64,000 nucleotides of DNA, from the NCBI GenBank assembly GCA_016779995.1, contig JADHMO010000003.1, forward strand, positions 102,733 to 166,732. Direction: 5' to 3'. Source of the stretch: Flavobacteriales bacterium. Its GTDB lineage: Bacteria > Bacteroidota > Bacteroidia > Flavobacteriales > UBA7312. The translations under genes were made by a program, and so were the position numbers. Below are positions 58,421 to 64,000 of the stretch, one piece after another. The notes under the pieces are model-generated. The model was not told the origin of the DNA. It saw only the letters and a program-made list of their open reading frames with translations, and ran no database searches. How positions within the stretch are numbered: position 1 is the stretch's first letter; the number at the start of each line of letters is the position of its first letter.

Positions 58421-58448
58421 AAAAGTCTTCATCTGAAGACTTTTTTTA
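58421..58448 (+). terminator. rho-independent terminator after gldN
   Basis: AAAAGTCTTCA-TC-TGAAGACTTTT, running into a T tract. Confidence 0.7.
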
Positions 58449-58469
58449 ATATAAATAGGGCTGTTTAAA

Positions 58470-59735
58470 ATGAATAATAAAATAGCAATTATTGGTTTGG
58501 GTTACGTGGGTATACCACTTGCAGTAGAGTTTGGAAAATCAACACCTACAATTGGTCTAGATATAGATAAATCTAGAATTGATGAATTAAACTCGGGTTT
58601 TGACAGAACATTGGAAATGTCAAAAGATAACCTTGAATCATCAACACACTTAACGTATACTACTGACATCAATGATACTTCAGACTGTAATATTTATATT
58701 ATTACAGTACCTACTCCTATTAATAGTAAAAATCAGCCTGACTTAACACCCTTGGTCAAGTCAAGTCAATCAGTTGGTAGTGTGCTAAAGAAAGATGATA
58801 TAGTTATCTATGAATCTACTGTTTATCCTGGTGTCACTGAAGATGAGTGTGTGCCTATTCTTGAGGAGGTTTCAGGCTTAAAGTTTAATGTCGATTTTTA
58901 TTGTGGATATAGTCCAGAGCGTATTAATCCTGGCGATAAAGAAAAGACATTAACTAAAATTTTAAAAATCACTAGTGGTTCAACCCCTGAAGTAGCTGAT
59001 TTTGTAGACTCTTTATATAAATCCATTATCACTGCGGGTACATATAAGGCTCCCTCTATAAAAGTAGCTGAGGCTGCTAAAGTAATTGAAAATACTCAAC
59101 GTGATGTGAATATTGCTTTAGTTAATGAATTAGCTTTAATATTCGATACAATGAATATACCAACAGATGAAGTTCTTAAAGCTGCTGGTACCAAATGGAA
59201 CTTTTTAAATTTTAAGCCTGGTTTAGTTGGCGGCCACTGTATCGGTGTTGATCCTTATTATCTCACATTCAAGGCTGAGAAAATGGGATATAAGCCAAAC
59301 CTTATTCTTTCATCTAGAATAATTAATAATGGTATGTCAGCTTATATTGCAAAAAAAACAATTCGTTTTTTGGTTGATAATGATAAGAATATCAAAGGTG
59401 CTAATATTTTAATTTTAGGTTTAACATTCAAAGAGAATTGCCCAGATATTAGAAATACTAAAGTGTTCGATATTATTGATGAATTAGAAGATTATGGGTG
59501 TTGTATAGATATTTATGACCCTTGGGTAGATGTTTCTGAGTTAAAAGCAACTCATGATAGAGAAATTATATCAAACCCCTTTGAATCTAAAAAGAAATAC
59601 GAAGCTATTTTAGTTTGTGTTTCTCATCATCAATTTATTGATTTAAAAACGGAAGATTACAATTCTATTTCAACTGGTAATCCAATTGTTTTGGATATTA
59701 AAGGAATCGTTAACGAACCCATTTGGAGACTCTAA
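58470..59735 (+). CDS. nucleotide-sugar 6-dehydrogenase (UDP-GlcNAc 6-dehydrogenase, WbpA/TviB-like)
   Basis: IAIIGLGYVGIPLA Rossmann motif, catalytic GGHCIGVDPYY. About 420 aa. Followed by WbpB/D/E-like genes. Confidence 0.85.
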   Translation: MNNKIAIIGLGYVGIPLAVEFGKSTPTIGLDIDKSRIDELNSGFDRTLEMSKDNLESSTHLTYTTDINDTSDCNIYIITVPTPINSKNQPDLTPLVKSSQSVGSVLKKDDIVIYESTVYPGVTEDECVPILEEVSGLKFNVDFYCGYSPERINPGDKEKTLTKILKITSGSTPEVADFVDSLYKSIITAGTYKAPSIKVAEAAKVIENTQRDVNIALVNELALIFDTMNIPTDEVLKAAGTKWNFLNFKPGLVGGHCIGVDPYYLTFKAEKMGYKPNLILSSRIINNGMSAYIAKKTIRFLVDNDKNIKGANILILGLTFKENCPDIRNTKVFDIIDELEDYGCCIDIYDPWVDVSELKATHDREIISNPFESKKKYEAILVCVSHHQFIDLKTEDYNSISTGNPIVLDIKGIVNEPIWRL

Positions 59736-60676
59736 TGAAAAAGAATTTCGCATTAATAGGTGCAGCAGGATATATCGCTTCTCGACATATGAAAGCTATT
59801 AAAGATACTGGTAATAATTTAGTTGCCGCTTTAGATAGATTTGATAGCGTAGGAATTATTGATAGTTTTTTTCCAGATGCTCATTTTTTTACTGAACCAG
59901 AGCGATTCGATAGGCATATTTACAAACTCAAAAATTCATCTAACGCTATTGATTACGTTAGTATATGCTCTCCAAATTATCTGCATGATGCTCATATAAG
60001 ACTAGCCTTACGTAATGGTGCGCATGCAATTTGTGAGAAACCTTTGGTATTAAACCCTTGGAACATAGACGCATTAGAGCAGGTTGAGAAGGATTATGGT
60101 AAAAAAATAAATAATATCTTACAACTTAGGCTTCATCCATCTATTATAGCACTAAAAGAGAAAGTGGATAATGGACCAAAAGATAAAATATATGACATTG
60201 ATTTAAGTTATCTGACAAGTAGAGGTAATTGGTATTTCACATCTTGGAAAGGTGACAGTGCTAAATCTGGGGGTATTGCTACTAATATTGGAATTCATTT
60301 TTATGATATGCTAACTTGGATTTTTGGCGATGTTAAAAATAATATATGTCACTTGTCACAGGAAGATAGAGCTGCAGGATTTTTAGATTTAGAAAGAGCT
60401 CGAGTAAGATGGTTCTTAAGTGTAAACTATGATTTAATACCTGAACATATTAAAGAAACAGGACAAAGAACATATCGCTCAATTACCGTAGAAGGCGAAG
60501 AGATAGAGTTTAGCGGAGGTTTTACTGATTTGCATACGAAAAGTTATGAAGCGATACTTGAAGGAAATGGTTTTGGTTTGTTAGAAGCTAAAACGTCAAT
60601 TGACATTGTACATACCATTAGAAATTCTGAGCCCTTAGGTCTTAAGGGAGACTACCATCCATTTTGTAAATTATGA
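59735..60676 (+). CDS. Gfo/Idh/MocA family oxidoreductase (WbpB-like UDP-GlcNAcA 3-dehydrogenase)
   Basis: MKKNFALIGAAGYIASRHMKAI N-terminal Rossmann motif, CEKPL motif. About 313 aa. ATG 59735 overlaps the upstream stop (TAATG). Confidence 0.75.
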   Translation: MKKNFALIGAAGYIASRHMKAIKDTGNNLVAALDRFDSVGIIDSFFPDAHFFTEPERFDRHIYKLKNSSNAIDYVSICSPNYLHDAHIRLALRNGAHAICEKPLVLNPWNIDALEQVEKDYGKKINNILQLRLHPSIIALKEKVDNGPKDKIYDIDLSYLTSRGNWYFTSWKGDSAKSGGIATNIGIHFYDMLTWIFGDVKNNICHLSQEDRAAGFLDLERARVRWFLSVNYDLIPEHIKETGQRTYRSITVEGEEIEFSGGFTDLHTKSYEAILEGNGFGLLEAKTSIDIVHTIRNSEPLGLKGDYHPFCKL

Positions 60677-61245
60677 GTGTATTTATTCATCCTACATCCA
60701 TTGTTGACGATAATGTTTCAATAGGTATTGAAACCAAAGTTTGGCACTTTTCTCATATTCTTTCTGAAACTTCCATTGGTGAGCGATGTTCTTTTGGTCA
60801 AAATTGTGTAGTTGGTCCTAGAGTAAAAATTGGTAATGGAGTAAAAGTTCAAAATAATATATCTATCTATGAAGGTGTCGAAATTGAAGACGATGTATTT
60901 TTAGGGCCTTCTATGGTTTTTACGAATGTGATTAATCCTAGGAGTTTTATTGTTCGTAAGGAAGAATTTAAAAGGACTCTACTAAAGAAAGGCTGTTCCG
61001 TTGGTGCTAATGCTACTATTGTCTGTGGATTGACTATCGGAGAGTACTCTCTTATAGGTGCGGGGACTGTAGTCACTCGCGATATAAAACCTTTTGAAAT
61101 GGTGTACGGCGTACCTGCTAAACATCAAGGTTGGGTTAGTGTAGCTGGTAATAGACTTAATTTTAACGATAATAATATAGCTGAAGATTCGTTTGATAAT
61201 AGTAAATACAAGCTTTCGAATAATACAGTTCAACTTATCTCATAA
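60673..61245 (+). CDS. hexapeptide-repeat N-acetyltransferase (WbpD-like)
   Basis: Left-handed beta-helix hexapeptide repeats (IGERCSFGQNCVVGPRVKIGNGVKVQNNISIYEGVEIEDDVFLGP). 190 aa. Confidence 0.75.
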   Translation: MSVFIHPTSIVDDNVSIGIETKVWHFSHILSETSIGERCSFGQNCVVGPRVKIGNGVKVQNNISIYEGVEIEDDVFLGPSMVFTNVINPRSFIVRKEEFKRTLLKKGCSVGANATIVCGLTIGEYSLIGAGTVVTRDIKPFEMVYGVPAKHQGWVSVAGNRLNFNDNNIAEDSFDNSKYKLSNNTVQLIS

Positions 61246-61246
61246 T

Positions 61247-62332
61247 ATGAAAATTCCTTTTATTGACTTACAATCGCAGTATCAATCTTATAAAGAAGAA
61301 ATAGACTCTGCTATACATGCTGTTCTTGATTCCTCACAATACATAATGGGGCCTCCTGTCAAAGAGTTAGAATCTAATTTAGCTAAGTATACGGGTGCTA
61401 AGCATGCTATAGCTTGTGCTAGTGGTACAGATGCGCTTTTAATTGCATTATTAGCTATTGGCATTAAACCAGGTGATGAAATTATTACGACACCATTTAC
61501 TTTTATTGCCTCTAGTGAAGTGATTAGTTTATTGGGTGCTATTCCAGTATTTGTTGATATAGAAGAAGATACATACAACATAAACGCTTCTGAAATTGAA
61601 GGTAAGATAACAGATAGAACCAAAGCCATAATACCTGTTTCACTTTATGGTCAGACTGCTGATATGGATGTGATTAATGAAATAGCGTCTAGACATAATT
61701 TGATAGTTATAGAAGATGCTGCCCAAAGTTTCGGAGCATCTTATAAGGGTAAAAAAAGCTGTAACCTAAGTCACTTTGGTTGTACAAGTTTTTTTCCATC
61801 TAAGCCCTTGGGCTGTTATGGAGATGGTGGTGCATTATTTACGAGCGATGATGAGCTTGCAGCCAAAGCAAGGTTGTTTCTAGCTCATGGATCAAAAATA
61901 AGGTATGTACACGAAGTAATAGGTGTGAATGGTAGAATGGATACTATTCAGGCAGCAGTTGTAGATGTGAAGTTGAAATACTTTGCTGATGAAGTTCAAA
62001 AAAGAGAAGATATAGGAAGTCGCTACATTGATTTATTAAAGGGTAAACAACTTAAATTGCCCGTGATTAGAGAAGGAAGAACAAGTGTATATGCTCAATT
62101 TACAGTACAATCTGAGAAAAGAGAGGAATTAATTCAACTCCTTAATGATAATGATGTGCCAACAGCCATCCATTACCCAACTCCATTGCATTTGCAAGAA
62201 TGTTATCAATCGTTAAATTACAAAGTTGGTGATTTCCCAATTTCAGAGAAGGCAGCTAAAGAAGTTTTTTCTTTGCCAATGAGCCCATTTTTAACAGAAG
62301 ACCAACAAAATTATATTGTTGATTTATTATAG
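61247..62332 (+). CDS. DegT/DnrJ/EryC1/StrS family aminotransferase (WbpE-like)
   Basis: MKIPFIDLQSQY start, ASGTDALLIAL, PLP-lysine region SFFPSKPLGCYGDGG. ATG 61247 is preferred over the extended ORF start 61193. Confidence 0.85.
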   Translation: MKIPFIDLQSQYQSYKEEIDSAIHAVLDSSQYIMGPPVKELESNLAKYTGAKHAIACASGTDALLIALLAIGIKPGDEIITTPFTFIASSEVISLLGAIPVFVDIEEDTYNINASEIEGKITDRTKAIIPVSLYGQTADMDVINEIASRHNLIVIEDAAQSFGASYKGKKSCNLSHFGCTSFFPSKPLGCYGDGGALFTSDDELAAKARLFLAHGSKIRYVHEVIGVNGRMDTIQAAVVDVKLKYFADEVQKREDIGSRYIDLLKGKQLKLPVIREGRTSVYAQFTVQSEKREELIQLLNDNDVPTAIHYPTPLHLQECYQSLNYKVGDFPISEKAAKEVFSLPMSPFLTEDQQNYIVDLL

Positions 62333-62360
62333 ATGGGTTAAATCTTCTAGTATTTAACCT

Positions 62361-63635
62361 ATGGTGAATTTTAAGACAGATTTTAAAGACTCCGTATTCT
62401 ACAAGAATATTTTTATCCTTTTAAAGGGTTCTGTTTTAGCCCAGCTAATTCCCTTATTAATATCACCCTTTATAACTCGATTATATTCTCCTAAAGAGTT
62501 GGGTGTATTAGCCTTATTTTCATCCATTTCAGTTATTCTAGGCTCAGTAGTAAATGGCAGATATGAACAAGCACTAGTATTGGTTAAAACTGAAAACGAA
62601 GCTAAGCATTTAACTATACTGTCTTTACTTATAAGCCTTGTTGTGAGTCTTATCCTTTTTTTATTCTTTATTTTTTTTCAGCCTCATTTACTTGATTTTT
62701 TTAATGAACCAGACTTAGCCTTTTGGATTTATTTAATTCCACTTGTGGTGTTTTCTATAGGGGCGTTTAACACTTTGAATTATTATGAATTAAGAAAAAA
62801 GAACTTTAAAAAGATATCTAATTCTGAAATTTATCGTTCAACTTCTTTAGCAGCTATTCAATTAAGTTTTCCATTAATAAAATCAGGACTATTTGGTTTA
62901 ATGATTGGAAAGATAATTTCTTCATTGATAGCTCCTTTTTATCTATGGAAAATTTCAAAATTTGAAATAGGTAAAGTAAATACCTCTTTACTATTAATTT
63001 TAGCTAAAAGGTTCATTGATTTTCCGAAATACACCAATTTTTCAATATTATTGAATAATCTAAGTGTAAATGCAATTAACTTGCTAATACCTGTTTTATA
63101 TTCGACCTCATTATTAGGACTCTATTCATTAATGTATAAAGTCTTAGCAGTTCCTTTTTCTTTTTTAGGTAATACCATCAATCAAGTGTTTTTGGAAGAT
63201 GCTGTTCGTCAAAAGAACGAATTAGGTCAAGCATATGAGTTAACAAAACGAATGGTAATACAATTGACTCTTGTATCTGTCATATTTTTTGGGACAACTT
63301 ATTTTATAGTCGAAGATTTTTTTGCTGTTGTCTTTGGTGAAGATTGGAGAATGTCAGGGGTTTATGCTAAGTACTTAATACCATTTTTTATGTTCAAATT
63401 TATTGCCTCTCCTTTGACAAGTATTCATACTGCATTTGAGAAACAAAAATTAAGTTTCACATTGCAATTGATTATGTTTGTTTTATCTATGGGGAGTTTA
63501 TTGTATGCATATTTTAATTTGTGGATTTTTGAGCATTATTTACTATTGTTTAGTGTGCTGATGTCAATTTTTTATATTTATAGAGTTTTAATTATTCTCA
63601 AGATTGCTAAAAACCAATTAAGTATTTATGAATAG
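62361..63635 (+). CDS. oligosaccharide flippase (Wzx / MOP superfamily)
   Basis: About 12 TM helices, 424 aa. Position within a polysaccharide locus. Confidence 0.7.
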   Translation: MVNFKTDFKDSVFYKNIFILLKGSVLAQLIPLLISPFITRLYSPKELGVLALFSSISVILGSVVNGRYEQALVLVKTENEAKHLTILSLLISLVVSLILFLFFIFFQPHLLDFFNEPDLAFWIYLIPLVVFSIGAFNTLNYYELRKKNFKKISNSEIYRSTSLAAIQLSFPLIKSGLFGLMIGKIISSLIAPFYLWKISKFEIGKVNTSLLLILAKRFIDFPKYTNFSILLNNLSVNAINLLIPVLYSTSLLGLYSLMYKVLAVPFSFLGNTINQVFLEDAVRQKNELGQAYELTKRMVIQLTLVSVIFFGTTYFIVEDFFAVVFGEDWRMSGVYAKYLIPFFMFKFIASPLTSIHTAFEKQKLSFTLQLIMFVLSMGSLLYAYFNLWIFEHYLLLFSVLMSIFYIYRVLIILKIAKNQLSIYE

Positions 63636-64000
63636 GGGTGTATTTTATAATTCGGCTTTAACTATTATTAGACAAGTGCTGAGTATAGGTTTTGGTATTT
63701 TAGCCACAATGATAATTGCCAGAACGCTAGGCGCAGAAGGTCAAGGGCAATATACTTTAGCGATTTTACTTCCTACCTTATTATATACATTTTTTAATTC
63801 AGGTTTATCAACTTCTACTGTATTTTATGTGGCCAAAAAGAAATATTCAGATATAGATATTTATTCAACAAATTTATTAACCTCTTTCTTGTTAAGTATT
63901 TTTTCTATTCTAGTCGGAATTTTTGTTGTATTCTTTTATAAAGATTATTTTTTTGAAAATATTAGTCAGCAATTGTTGTTGTATAGTTTATTAATTTTAC
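63628..64000 (+). CDS. second polysaccharide flippase-like membrane protein, 3' end beyond window
   Basis: ATG 63628 overlaps the previous stop (ATGAATAG). Translation MNRGVFYNSALTIIRQVLSIGFGILATMIIARTLGAEGQGQYTLAILLP... is a typical Wzx/MOP N-terminus. The frame is open to the window end. Not in the supplied ORF track. Confidence 0.6.
   Translation, partial: MNRGVFYNSALTIIRQVLSIGFGILATMIIARTLGAEGQGQYTLAILLPTLLYTFFNSGLSTSTVFYVAKKKYSDIDIYSTNLLTSFLLSIFSILVGIFVVFFYKDYFFENISQQLLLYSLLIL

Overview
AT-rich chromosomal segment that reads as core genome of a Bacteroidota (Flavobacteriia-like) organism. Supporting this: a PorP/SprF gene followed by gldK-gldL-gldM-gldN (type IX secretion/gliding core), a cargo protein with a T9SS C-terminal sorting domain, and TTTG/TAnnTTTG-type promoter boxes. 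I recognise about 60 protein genes and one tRNA-Phe(GAA). I see no rRNA, CRISPR array, transposase, integrase, phage or recognisable defence genes. Content in order:
- partial lycopene-cyclase-domain gene
- compact glycolytic cluster: pfkA, gapA, two tandem methylglyoxal-synthase paralogs, ROK glucokinase, with a convergent Nudix-like regulator
- DUF983 and Na/Ca-exchanger genes, tRNA-Phe
- coaX, OM barrel, TPR protein, lptC, CorC-type transporter, ppiD
- rodA-mrdA-mreDCB-purH
- ABC permease, mfd, fbp, GNAT, aspartate kinase
- large LTD/T9SS adhesin
- 2-hydroxyacid dehydrogenase, mgtE, rsmA, DUF4286, TPR protein, lipoprotein, serS, rpmA-rplU
- EamA transporter, HMA lipoprotein, ctaA
- tail-fibre-like surface protein
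- groES-groEL, secG, lptE, sensor-less sigma-54 activator, miaB
- topA, arginase-fold protein, porP-gldKLMN
- start of a polysaccharide locus: WbpA/B/D/E-like UDP-diacetamido-uronic acid pathway plus two flippases

The most unusual signal is a perfect 100-nt pentanucleotide microsatellite, (GATGA)x20, at 42734-42833. It sits between two ATGs in identical GCTATG contexts, directly upstream of the tail-fibre-like surface protein gene. That geometry fits a slipped-strand, three-state translational phase switch.

Other points worth a second look:
- two MGS paralogs with complementary active-site degeneration
- pfkA and lptC, whose conserved N-termini lie upstream of any canonical start codon
- an L21 with a histone-H1-like Lys/Ala tail
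- an arginase-fold protein with degenerate metal ligands next to the T9SS genes

All family assignments come from reading the translations and from motif memory. No database search was run.
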